Of a stretch of DNA of 62,982 bases, positions 30,718-39,897 are shown piece by piece (within the stretch, counting starts at the first letter, position 1; each line of letters starts with the position of its first letter). Source of the stretch: Methanothrix sp. (lineage in GTDB: Archaea > Halobacteriota > Methanosarcinia > Methanotrichales > Methanotrichaceae); NCBI GenBank assembly GCA_040770465.1, contig JAXGJB010000011.1, positions 1 through 62,982 of the forward strand, in the 5' to 3' direction. A program made the position numbers and the translations under genes. The notes beneath the pieces are model-generated. The model searched no databases. It had not been told where the DNA came from and worked only from the letters and a program-made list of their open reading frames with translations.

Positions 30718-31000
30718 CTCATCGTATCGGTCCCTCCTGCTCATTTCCAATTCTCTCTTTAAGCAGGCGATGACGGGCGGCGCGGAGGCGCGGGCGAGGG
30801 GCGTCCGCCTCCCGGCTGATCGCCCCCCGAAAGCCCGCGATTCGTCAGGCCCGAGAGGTCCATGGGGCTTTCTCGACCCGCAAACTCCACCAGGATCTCT
30901 CCGTCGACCTCGCGTTTCATCTCGCCCCGGACGATCGGCCGGAAGAAGGCGGCCCTCAAAACGCTCGTTTATCAAGAGGGCGGCGAGGATCTTTTCACGC
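30718..31000 (-). pseudogene. Degenerate MNT gene, copy 1
   Basis: Frameshifted blocks KILAALL / IVRGEMKREVDGEILVEFAGRESPMDLSGL / HRLLKERI. Confidence 0.65.
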
Positions 31001-31195
31001 CGCGCTCCTTTCGGGGATGGCACCACTTCGGCGAAGGCTGATTTGCGGCCGGTGGAAGTGGGGCGCGGGCGCCGGGCGGCTCCGGGAGGTGGAGCTGTTG
31101 CCGGAGTGGGGCAGGTTGCAGATAGGGGGGATCGATTCGGTTCTCTTGGGACTGCTTAAAAATACGCGGATCGAAGCCCAAAAGCCTGCTCACCT

Positions 31196-31426
31196 TCACT
31201 GGTGCTTTTCGAACTCTTCAGGATCGATCTTCGCCAGCTTCAATACGCTCCTTAGGGTTCCAAGCTTCAGTTCCCGATGCATCGGAACGACGGTGCCCAC
31301 CTTTCCCTCCGGCGTCATCTTCGAAAGCCTCACGTGGCTTCCAGAGCGACCGGAGATCGAAAAGCCGAACTCGTTGCAGAGGATCTTGACCACTTTTTGG
31401 CCTGAGGTGGGTTTAAGTCCTGGCAA
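31196..31426 (-). CDS. hicA: HicA family toxin
   Basis: GFSISGRSGSHVRL, VVPMHRELKLGTLRSVLK. Confidence 0.9.
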   Translation of the reverse strand: MPGLKPTSGQKVVKILCNEFGFSISGRSGSHVRLSKMTPEGKVGTVVPMHRELKLGTLRSVLKLAKIDPEEFEKHQ

Positions 31427-31625
31427 CCCTCGCCACCTCGAAGGTGGTCACGAAGGATCTTTCAGCCTTATCCAGGGGAAACTCCTCCAGGTAGAGCTCC
31501 GTTGCCTCCTTCAGGTTCTCCACGGCCTCTTCTATCGTCTCCCCCTGGCTTGCGGTCCCGACCTCGGGGCATTCGGCAACGTAAACGTCCTCTTCCTTAT
31601 GGACAACGGCAGTTAATGTGACCAC
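31413..31625 (-). CDS. hicB: HicB family antitoxin
   Basis: YVAECPEVGTASQGETIEEAVENLKEATELYLE. Confidence 0.9.
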   Translation of the reverse strand: MVTLTAVVHKEEDVYVAECPEVGTASQGETIEEAVENLKEATELYLEEFPLDKAERSFVTTFEVARVART

Positions 31626-31736
31626 GGGCGATCGCCTCTTTTCTAGTATTGTACCCCTCTCGATAAGTAGTCTTTTGTCATTCAGCCTATTTCCCGGAGG
31701 CTGCAGGAAGGCGATGCTTCTTGCGGTCAGGGTGGC

Positions 31737-31970
31737 TCAGGTGAGGACGTCCGCCTCCCGCCCGATCGCCCACCGAAAGCCCGCGATTCGTCAGGCCCGA
31801 AAGGTCCATGGGGCTCTCTCGACCCGCAAACTCCACCAGGATCTCACCGTCGCTTTCGTCGGTCATCTCGCCCCGGACGATCGACCCGAAGAAGGGCGGC
31901 CCACAGGACGCTCGTCTTTCGAGAGGGCGGCGAGGGCTCTCTTGCGCAGCTCTTCGATCTGGTCGGTCAG
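31737..31970 (-). pseudogene. Degenerate MNT gene, copy 2
   Basis: DQIEELRKR / FGSIVRGEMTDESDGEILVEFAGRESPMDLSGL / GREADVLT-stop; DNA closely similar to 30802-30996. Confidence 0.7.
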
Positions 31971-32013
31971 ATCTCCCGCCTCGAATCAAGCCGTCTGCTT
32001 TTCGTCTGCTTTG

Positions 32014-34755
32014 TTATTCAGCTACTAGTTCAAATTTCAGCTCCGCTTCAATTGCAGGGTTAAAATTAATGGTGTATTGTCGAAGTTCATTTAAATGGCT
32101 CCAACTAAGGAGGCTATCGTTCACGTTCAAAAGCTGATCAAGTTTATCGAGGTCGTAATCAAGCTTAACCTGTAGATCAAGCGAAAATTGTGGACTTTTC
32201 TTGGTTTCTTCGAGAAGATATATAAGTGAATTTTTATCTGGCAGAGATTCGAGTCCATTTTTAGATATCTTGTCGAAATGGCGCAACATTGAATGCAACG
32301 TATAAGGCCACTGGCCACAGATAACCAGCCAAAAAATCATAATATTGGGATTATCCAAAATAGTTTTCTGACTTTTATATTTAGCTAAAGTGCGGGCGAA
32401 GCTATAGATATTTATTAATCTCTTCATATGACGAGGATTGGGTCGTAAGAAGCCAACGAGGCTTTGAAACGCTTTTAGCTCATCATCTGTGAAAGGAATA
32501 TGTTTAGAAGTTGGTATCTCTTTATTAACTGTTGGTTGCACAGTCTTCTCATCCATTGTTTGCTCTGCCTTCTTACCTGTTGATTGTTCGGTCTTTTCAC
32601 CCATTGGTTGTTCTACCTTCTTTCCTGTTCGTTGTTCGGTCATCTCGCCCATTGGTTGTTCTGCATTCTCACCTATTGGAGGCTTGGCTTTGCCCAGTTG
32701 CTCAGCTATGAATCGCTTGACTTCGTCTTGGTTAGGCTCAGGTATGCGAAACGGAATTTGCACAATTTTTTCGAGGTATTCATATCCAGACGCCCCAGAA
32801 GGACCAAGCAAATTTTTGTAATGCCTTTCTACTGCGCGAGTTATTATCCTAGCATCTATACCCAAACATACTATGAAACTTTTAAAGTTAAGTAGCAGAT
32901 TTATTGCTTGTAATACTTCCACAGTTTTGCTGGGCTCGCAACGATCAAGATCGTCAATAATTACCAAAACTCTCTCATTTTTATAATTAAGACGTCTTTC
33001 CAGGAATTTAAGATCTTCATGGATCTCTTCCATGTATCCGATCTTTTTTCCGTAATCAACATCTTGGAAAATTTTTATAGTCCATTGGCTCATTGGTCTA
33101 AATATATACTGAGATATCTGTAATAACACAAGTACAATCAAAGGCAAACCAGAAGCACCAAGCGCAAACAAGATCGGCCATATGCCTTTCTGAATATCAG
33201 TTCTACCCCGATAACCATTTTCGAATCCCAGTTGAAGAATGTTCCAAACTTCTGCTAAATCATATTTAAATAACAAGAATACGAGTGAAAATATGAAACA
33301 GAAAAATAAAGTAATAAATGCGAATTTACCGAGAGATTTTCTCGACCTTTGGTTTCTATTGTGCATTAACTTTGAGATGAAATACCAAGGATCGTCTCGC
33401 GATAATTTTTTGGGCTCAATTTCGTCAATTATCTTACGTACTAGTCCATGCCATATAACTTCCGAAGAGCTGTATTCCCAGGCATTAAAATTTATTATAT
33501 GAACTTTGGGGGTAGGCGGATCTGAAGTAGAACTTTTATCTGACCGTGGCTTCTCATGGCGTTCCTTCAGCTCTTTAGCAATCTGGTCAAGCAATGATGA
33601 CTTGCCTATACCCCACGATCCGTAGATACCTATAGTTAATGGGGGTTCCGTATAGGGAGATCCTATCAGATCTGCAAAAGCATTGGCATAATCCTTAAAC
33701 CCTAGAAGATCTTCCGATGATTTCAGATCGCTGCATGCCCGCATTTGGTTACCAATCTGCAATGCTTGTCCAGGCCGATCCGAGTAGAATGTGCCTCCCG
33801 TCTCCTTGATCGATCCTTCGAACCTTTTTGTGGATTTTATGACCATCTTATCGATGTATTCGAGAAGATCGGAAGGAATCGGCTCGAGACCTGCGTGGAA
33901 GTACTCTTCATCGATCTTGAGATCTCTGTTGAGCCTTATCCCATATCTGTCCAGGATGCTGTATACCTCTAAATACTTTTTCTGTATTGTTTCGATGACC
34001 GTATTGCGGAGAACTGATATATCTGAATTTTTATAATAATCCGGAAACCTAAGGCTGAGCTCGACGGTCCCATTTTTGATCGAGACGCTTTGGACGTAAT
34101 GATGAGCCCACCAGTGGTACTTGCTCTCCGGCGGGATGTCCCTCATCTTCAAAACTTCCATGTTCACCCTTCGGTAGTCAGCGTCCAGCTCGTCCCCAAG
34201 CCTCAGAAGAGCCACCAGGAGGGGGAGCTTCACATCTATTCCGCCGACCGACCTGTCCTTCAGCTCTTCGAGGTCCAAGGAGCGGTGATACCTGCATACG
34301 CTGGCGACGTAGTTTGCCAGCTCCTTGCAGCCCTCCAGCCCCAGGGAGATACCCGACCCCGGAGTGAGGCTCTCGATGATGATCTTCGCGCTAGCCTCGT
34401 TGTGATTCTTTCTAACAATCTCCAAATCTTCAAGTGTGTACGCCGCTTTTTCGGGAAGGCCCGCATGTTTCGGAGACTGCATCCCGATGTCGTGAAGATA
34501 GGCCGAGGCGAGGAGGATGAACCTCTCGTAATCGTTCAGGCGATCTGAATGGTCTTCGAGGAGCGCCCCCAGAACCGCCACGATCCTATCGGAATGGTCG
34601 GGACCGTGTCTTGTATAATTCTGGAGCAGAGGCGGGTCCCAGAACTTCTTTGCAGCCTCTCGAACGCTGCCTAGACAGGTTGCGAGCTGTTCATCGCCGA
34701 TCAACAGATTTTCCGGGATCATAATAGACCTCGCCGAATGCGACTCCTCCGACAA
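32014..34755 (-). CDS. HD-domain / KAP-family P-loop NTPase fusion with transmembrane helices
   Basis: N-terminal YTRHGPDHS...AYLHDIGM...CRYH...LRLGDELD; Walker A GSWGIGKS; two hydrophobic helices; Walker B IIDDLDRC; YLEKIVQIPF; NPRHMKRLIN. Confidence 0.88.
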   Translation of the reverse strand: MSEESHSARSIMIPENLLIGDEQLATCLGSVREAAKKFWDPPLLQNYTRHGPDHSDRIVAVLGALLEDHSDRLNDYERFILLASAYLHDIGMQSPKHAGLPEKAAYTLEDLEIVRKNHNEASAKIIIESLTPGSGISLGLEGCKELANYVASVCRYHRSLDLEELKDRSVGGIDVKLPLLVALLRLGDELDADYRRVNMEVLKMRDIPPESKYHWWAHHYVQSVSIKNGTVELSLRFPDYYKNSDISVLRNTVIETIQKKYLEVYSILDRYGIRLNRDLKIDEEYFHAGLEPIPSDLLEYIDKMVIKSTKRFEGSIKETGGTFYSDRPGQALQIGNQMRACSDLKSSEDLLGFKDYANAFADLIGSPYTEPPLTIGIYGSWGIGKSSLLDQIAKELKERHEKPRSDKSSTSDPPTPKVHIINFNAWEYSSSEVIWHGLVRKIIDEIEPKKLSRDDPWYFISKLMHNRNQRSRKSLGKFAFITLFFCFIFSLVFLLFKYDLAEVWNILQLGFENGYRGRTDIQKGIWPILFALGASGLPLIVLVLLQISQYIFRPMSQWTIKIFQDVDYGKKIGYMEEIHEDLKFLERRLNYKNERVLVIIDDLDRCEPSKTVEVLQAINLLLNFKSFIVCLGIDARIITRAVERHYKNLLGPSGASGYEYLEKIVQIPFRIPEPNQDEVKRFIAEQLGKAKPPIGENAEQPMGEMTEQRTGKKVEQPMGEKTEQSTGKKAEQTMDEKTVQPTVNKEIPTSKHIPFTDDELKAFQSLVGFLRPNPRHMKRLINIYSFARTLAKYKSQKTILDNPNIMIFWLVICGQWPYTLHSMLRHFDKISKNGLESLPDKNSLIYLLEETKKSPQFSLDLQVKLDYDLDKLDQLLNVNDSLLSWSHLNELRQYTINFNPAIEAELKFELVAE
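32530..32675 (-). repeat. 24-bp (8-aa) tandem repeat inside the KAP NTPase
   Basis: GENAEQPM GEMTEQRT GKKVEQPM GEKTEQST GKKAEQTM DEKTVQPT. Confidence 0.85.
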
Positions 34756-34902
34756 GGGATGAGAACTTCTCGTATTTTAAATTGAGGGAGAAAAGAAGAA
34801 GCAGAAAATGCGAATGGATTTTGTGGCCCCCCGGACGGCGGACGCCGCCTGTGGCGCCCGCCCTCCCGATGGGCTTAGTCATCCCTCCTTAAGAGATAAT
34901 CT

Positions 34903-35898
34903 TCACTCTTTCTTCAGCCAGGGCATCATCGACCGGAGCTCCGCGCCCACCTCTTCGATCAGGTGCTCGGACTCCATCTTCTCAAGAGCCCTCTTGACGG
35001 GAAGGCCGGCCTGGCTCTCCAGAATCCACTCCCGGGCGAACTCGCCGGTCTGGATCTCCGTCAGGATCTCCCACATAGCCTCTCGGGACTTCTCGTTGAT
35101 GATCCTGTCGCCCCGGGTGAGGCCGCCGTACTCGGCGGTGTTGGAGACGTTCTCCCACATCCTCATCAGGCCGCCCTCGTGGATCAGGTCGACGATCAGC
35201 TTCAGCTCGTGACAGGCCTCGAAGTAGGCGATCTCAGGCTGGTAGCCGGCTTGGACGAGGGTCTCGAAGGACGCCTTGACAAGCTCGGTGACGCCGCCGC
35301 AGAGGTCCACCTGCTCGCCGAAGAGGTCTGTCTCCGTCTCCTCCCGGAAGGTCGTCGCCAGAACCCCGGCGCGGGTGCCGCCGATCCCCTTGGCGTAGGC
35401 CATCGCCTTATCGAAGGCGGTGCCCGTGAAGTCCTGCTCGACGGCGACGAGGCAGGGGGTTCCTATCCCCTCGACGTAGGTCCTCCGAACCAGGTCGCCG
35501 GGCCCCTTCGGCGCCACCATGTAGACGTCGACGTTCTCGGGGGGTATGATCTGCGAGAAGTGAATGTTGAAGCCGTGCGAGAACCCCAGGGCGTTCCCCT
35601 CCTCCAGGTACGGCTCGATGTCCTTTTTGTAGACGATGGGGTGGATCTCGTCGGGCAGGAGGATGTGGATCATGTCCGCCTCCTTCGCCGCCTCCGCCGC
35701 GGTGGTCACCCTGATCCCGTCCGCCTCCGCCCTCTTCCACGCTTTTGAGCCGGGGACGTCTGCTGCGACGACGTTGAGCCCCGAGTCCTGCAGGTTCTGG
35801 GCCTGGGCGTGCCCCTGGCTTCCATACCCGATGATTGCGATCGTCTTCCCCTTCAGAACGCCGAGATCGGCATCCTGGTCATGGTATATCTTCACCAT
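34903..35898 (-). CDS. ilvC: Ketol-acid reductoisomerase
   Basis: [39 protein letters not shown]. Confidence 0.96.
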   Translation of the reverse strand: MVKIYHDQDADLGVLKGKTIAIIGYGSQGHAQAQNLQDSGLNVVAADVPGSKAWKRAEADGIRVTTAAEAAKEADMIHILLPDEIHPIVYKKDIEPYLEEGNALGFSHGFNIHFSQIIPPENVDVYMVAPKGPGDLVRRTYVEGIGTPCLVAVEQDFTGTAFDKAMAYAKGIGGTRAGVLATTFREETETDLFGEQVDLCGGVTELVKASFETLVQAGYQPEIAYFEACHELKLIVDLIHEGGLMRMWENVSNTAEYGGLTRGDRIINEKSREAMWEILTEIQTGEFAREWILESQAGLPVKRALEKMESEHLIEEVGAELRSMMPWLKKE

Positions 35899-36001
35899 CT
35901 CTTTTATCCTCCCTATTCTGAATAGTCCGCTGAGAAAGCATCTCTCATTTAATATAAACTTGATCTGGCCGGTCGAGCCGGTGAGACTCGGTCGAAAGGG
36001 A

Positions 36002-36499
36002 TCAGGGGCCCACGACTCTGGTGCCCCTGACCATGGAGACCTTCCCGGTCCGCGCCATCTCCTTGATCCCGAACTGGCGGAGGAGCCTGACCATCGCCTC
36101 CACCTTATCCTGGCTTCCAGTCACCTCGATTATCAACGACCTCGGCGATACGTCGATGATCTTCGCCCGGAATACGCTGACGATCTGCATGATCTCGCTT
36201 CTGTCCTCTTTCCGGGCGGCGACCTTTATCATCGCAAGCTCCCTCTCCACCGACTCATCGGGGTGCAGCTCGCTGACCCGGATGACGTTGACCAGCTTGT
36301 TCAGCTGCTTTGAGACCTGTTCGAGGACGACGTCGTCACCGTCGACGGTGATGGTCATACGCGAATAGTCGGGGTTGTCGGTCGCCCCGACGGTGAGGCT
36401 GTCGATGTTGAACCCTCGTCTGCTGAAGAGGCCCGCTATCCTGATCAGAACCCCGGGCCTGTTCTCGACGATTAGGGCGATTGTATGAAGCATTCTCAC
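36002..36499 (-). CDS. ilvN: Acetolactate synthase small subunit
   Basis: [30 protein letters not shown]. Confidence 0.95.
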   Translation of the reverse strand: MRMLHTIALIVENRPGVLIRIAGLFSRRGFNIDSLTVGATDNPDYSRMTITVDGDDVVLEQVSKQLNKLVNVIRVSELHPDESVERELAMIKVAARKEDRSEIMQIVSVFRAKIIDVSPRSLIIEVTGSQDKVEAMVRLLRQFGIKEMARTGKVSMVRGTRVVGP

Positions 36500-38166
36500 G
36501 CCTCCAGCTCCAGAATCTCGGAGAGGGAAGCCCCCGCCGGGACCATGGGTGAGACCTTCTCGTCCGGCGATATTATGACGTCTACGACCGTCGGCCTCTC
36601 GGAAGCGATCGCCTTCTTCAGGACACCCTCCACCTCCGAGGGCTTCTCCGCCCGCAAGCCCAGGGCTCCGTACGCCTCGGCGACCTTGACGAAGTCGGGA
36701 ACTCGGGTCAGGGTCGTGTTCGAGAACCTCTTGTCAAAGAAGAGGTCCTGCCACTGCCGGACCATCCCCAAAACTCCGTTGTTCAAGACGATCACCTTGA
36801 CGGCGACGTCATTGATCACCGCCGTAGCCAGCTCCTGGATGTTCATCTGGAAGCTTCCGTCCCCGGCTATGTCGAAGACCTCCGCGTCGGGACAGCCGAG
36901 CTTCGCTCCGATCGCCGCCGGAAACCCGTACCCCATCGTACCGAGGCCCCCCGACGATATGAACTTCTTTGGGTCCTTGTGGGTGAAGAACTGGGCTGCC
37001 CACATCTGGTTTTGGCCGACCTCCGTCACGATGACGGCGTCGGGGCATAGTTTGCAGATCGTCTCCAGGACGGCCTGGGGCTTGATGGTGTTGCCATCCT
37101 TCCGATAGCCGAGGGGATGGTCGTTCTTCCAGCCTGCGACCTTGTCGTTCCAGGGGCTCCAGGGCTTCTCCTCGACGGCTTTCGCCAGCTCCGCCAGGGC
37201 CGACTTTGCGTCCCCCACCACCGGGATGTCGACCCGGACGTTCTTTCCGATCTCGGCGGGGTCGACGTCGACGTGGATAATCTTCGCCTGGGGGGCGAAG
37301 CTCGCTATCTTTCCCGTCACCCGGTCGTCGAACCGGGCCCCCACGGCCAGTATGGCGTCTGCCTCCTGGACGGCGTAGTTTGCGTACGTCGTCCCGTGCA
37401 TCCCCAGCATCCCCAGGGATAGGGGATGGTCTTCTGGAAAGCAGCCGATCCCCATCAACGTCGTCGTCACCGGGGCCTTGATCTTCTCGGCAAGTTCGAC
37501 CAGCTCCCTGTGGCCGTCGGAGTACTTGACGCCGCCTCCGACGTATAAGACGGGCCGGTCCGCCTCCATCAGGGCGGCAGCCGCCCTCTTGATCTGGAGG
37601 TTGTGGACCTTGAGGTTGGGGTTGTAGCCGGGCAGGTTGATCTCAGGATACTGGAAGTCCAGCTCGTCGACGGTGACGTCTCGGGGGAGGTCGATGAGGA
37701 CCGGGCCGGGCCTTCCGGTCCGGGCGATGTAGAACGCCTCTCTGAAGATGCGCGGGATATCCTTCGCGTCCTTGACGAGGTAGCTGTGTTTGGTCACAGG
37801 CATCGTTATGCCCGTGATGTCGGCCTCCTGGAAGGCGTCTTTTCCGATAAGGTTCGTGGGCACCTGGCCGGTCATCGCCACCATCGGCACCGAGTCCATG
37901 TAGGCGGTGGCGATCCCAGTTACCAGGTTTGTGGCGCCGGGTCCCGATGTCGCAAGACATACGCCCACTCGGCCCGTCGCCCTGGCGTATCCGTCTGCGG
38001 CGTGCGCTGCCGCCTGTTCGTGCCTGACAAGGATGTGCCTGATATCCGAATCGTAAATGGCGTCGTAGAGGGGCAACAGCACCCCGCCCGGAAGCCCGAA
38101 GATTATCTCGACCCCTTCGAGCTTCAGGCACTCCAGGATGGCATCGGCCCCGCTCATCTTACCCAT
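36496..38166 (-). CDS. ilvB: Acetolactate synthase large subunit
   Basis: RHEQAAAHAADGYAR, TSGPGATN, RFDDRVTG, GDGSFQMN. Confidence 0.95.
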   Translation of the reverse strand: MGKMSGADAILECLKLEGVEIIFGLPGGVLLPLYDAIYDSDIRHILVRHEQAAAHAADGYARATGRVGVCLATSGPGATNLVTGIATAYMDSVPMVAMTGQVPTNLIGKDAFQEADITGITMPVTKHSYLVKDAKDIPRIFREAFYIARTGRPGPVLIDLPRDVTVDELDFQYPEINLPGYNPNLKVHNLQIKRAAAALMEADRPVLYVGGGVKYSDGHRELVELAEKIKAPVTTTLMGIGCFPEDHPLSLGMLGMHGTTYANYAVQEADAILAVGARFDDRVTGKIASFAPQAKIIHVDVDPAEIGKNVRVDIPVVGDAKSALAELAKAVEEKPWSPWNDKVAGWKNDHPLGYRKDGNTIKPQAVLETICKLCPDAVIVTEVGQNQMWAAQFFTHKDPKKFISSGGLGTMGYGFPAAIGAKLGCPDAEVFDIAGDGSFQMNIQELATAVINDVAVKVIVLNNGVLGMVRQWQDLFFDKRFSNTTLTRVPDFVKVAEAYGALGLRAEKPSEVEGVLKKAIASERPTVVDVIISPDEKVSPMVPAGASLSEILELEA

Positions 38167-39669
38167 CTATCCGTCCTCCTCAAGTTGCATCAGCCTGTTT
38201 ATCCCTTCCAAAACCGCCTCCACAGAGGCCATGATTATGTCCCCACCCGCTCCTCGGGCGGAGATGCTCCGGTCGCCCATCGCCATCGTAACCCAGACCT
38301 CGACGACGGCGTTCGTCCCGCCGGTGATGGCGTCGACGTGGTACTCTTCGAGCCTCACATCCCTCACCCCGGAGATCGCTCGCCGGACGGCGTTGACCGC
38401 CGCGTCCACGGGGCCGACCCCCGTCCCCGCCTCCAGCATCTCCGTCCCGTTGACGGTTATCCTGACGCTGGCGGTGGGGATGGCGTGGTTGCCGCTGACG
38501 ATGGTGAACTCGTTGAGCTTCACCCTCGGCTCCTTCTGGATCGATAAGACGATCTCCGCGATCGTCTGAAGGTCGGCGTCGGTGACCCGTTTCCCCTTGT
38601 CCCCCAGCTCCTTGACCCGGGATAGTATCTCGACGAGCTCGCCCGCCGTGCACTCGATCCCCAGCTCTCTCAAGGCCAGCTCGACGGAGCTTCTCCCGGC
38701 GTGCTTTCCGAGGACGATCCTCCGCTTCCTCCCGACGGTCTCGGGATGGATCGGCTCGTAGGTCGAGGTGTCGGCGAGGAGGCCGTGGACGTGGATCCCG
38801 GCCTCGTGGGTGAAGGCGTTCTCCCCCACGATCGCCTTGTTGGGGGCGACGGGTATCCCCGTCAGCCGGCTGACGAGCCGGGAGAGGGTGTAAAGCTCCG
38901 AGCAGCGTATCTCCGTCTTTATGCCGTAGAGGGACTCGAGGGTCATCACCACCTCTTCGAGGCTGGTGTTCCCACCACGCTCGCCGATTCCGTTGACGGT
39001 GACGTGAGCCTGAGAGGCTCCGCCCCGGAGGGCGGATACGGTATTGGCCGTCGCAAGGCCGAAGTCGTCGTGACAGTGGACGCTCACCGGGGCCGGAAGG
39101 TCGGAGAGGCGAGAGAAGATCTCGACGGCCTTCTCCGCCACCAGAACCCCGACGGTGTCGCAGTAGCAGAGCCGGTCGGCTCCGGCATCGATCCCCGCCC
39201 GATAGAGGGACGTGAGGTATCCCTCGTCGGCGCGGCTCGCGTCTTCGCCGGATAGCTCGACGACGAGGCCGTGGTCTTTTGCGTACTCGGTCACCGTCAC
39301 CGCCGATCTCAGAACCGACTCCCTATCGGACCGGAGCTTGCTTTTGATGTGGAGGTCGGAGACCGGCACCACCAGGTGGATGGAGTCGACATCACAATCA
39401 AGGGCCAAGTCCACGTCGTCGGTCCTCGCTCGAACGTAGCTTGCGATCTCGGCCCCGAGCCCCTCGTGTGCCACGGCCTTCATCGCCTTCCTCTCGCCTT
39501 CGGAGGTGACGGCCGACCCCGCCTCTATGACGTCGAGGCCGAGGGCGTCCAGGTGCCGGGCGATCTCGAGCTTCTCGTCTTCGGTCAGGGAGACCCCTGG
39601 GGTCTGTTCCCCGTCGCGAAGCGTTGTGTCCAGTAAATGAACTCTACCAAATAAAGCGATCCCACGCAT
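38167..39669 (-). CDS. cimA: (R)-citramalate synthase / isopropylmalate synthase family
   Basis: DTTLRDGEQ, HCHDDFG, GERGGN, HEAGIH, regulatory-domain GVGPVDA; position upstream of ilvBNC favours CimA. Confidence 0.75.
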   Translation of the reverse strand: MRGIALFGRVHLLDTTLRDGEQTPGVSLTEDEKLEIARHLDALGLDVIEAGSAVTSEGERKAMKAVAHEGLGAEIASYVRARTDDVDLALDCDVDSIHLVVPVSDLHIKSKLRSDRESVLRSAVTVTEYAKDHGLVVELSGEDASRADEGYLTSLYRAGIDAGADRLCYCDTVGVLVAEKAVEIFSRLSDLPAPVSVHCHDDFGLATANTVSALRGGASQAHVTVNGIGERGGNTSLEEVVMTLESLYGIKTEIRCSELYTLSRLVSRLTGIPVAPNKAIVGENAFTHEAGIHVHGLLADTSTYEPIHPETVGRKRRIVLGKHAGRSSVELALRELGIECTAGELVEILSRVKELGDKGKRVTDADLQTIAEIVLSIQKEPRVKLNEFTIVSGNHAIPTASVRITVNGTEMLEAGTGVGPVDAAVNAVRRAISGVRDVRLEEYHVDAITGGTNAVVEVWVTMAMGDRSISARGAGGDIIMASVEAVLEGINRLMQLEEDG

Positions 39670-39897
39670 TCATATTCGATCACCAAATAATGACCATGCC
39701 AAATATGGTCGATCTCCAACCATGGAGTTTTTTATCGTTGATAAAGTTGACGACGGAACCGTCGACCGTTGTCGGGATCTGGCAGCATTCGATCCGTCGA
39801 ATGAAGGAAAGATTTATCACTCTCGGGGGGTCATTACTCGCCTTCAGCCATAGGGCTGCTCGATATATCGGGTGTAAAGTTGGGGTCAGGTGCAAAA

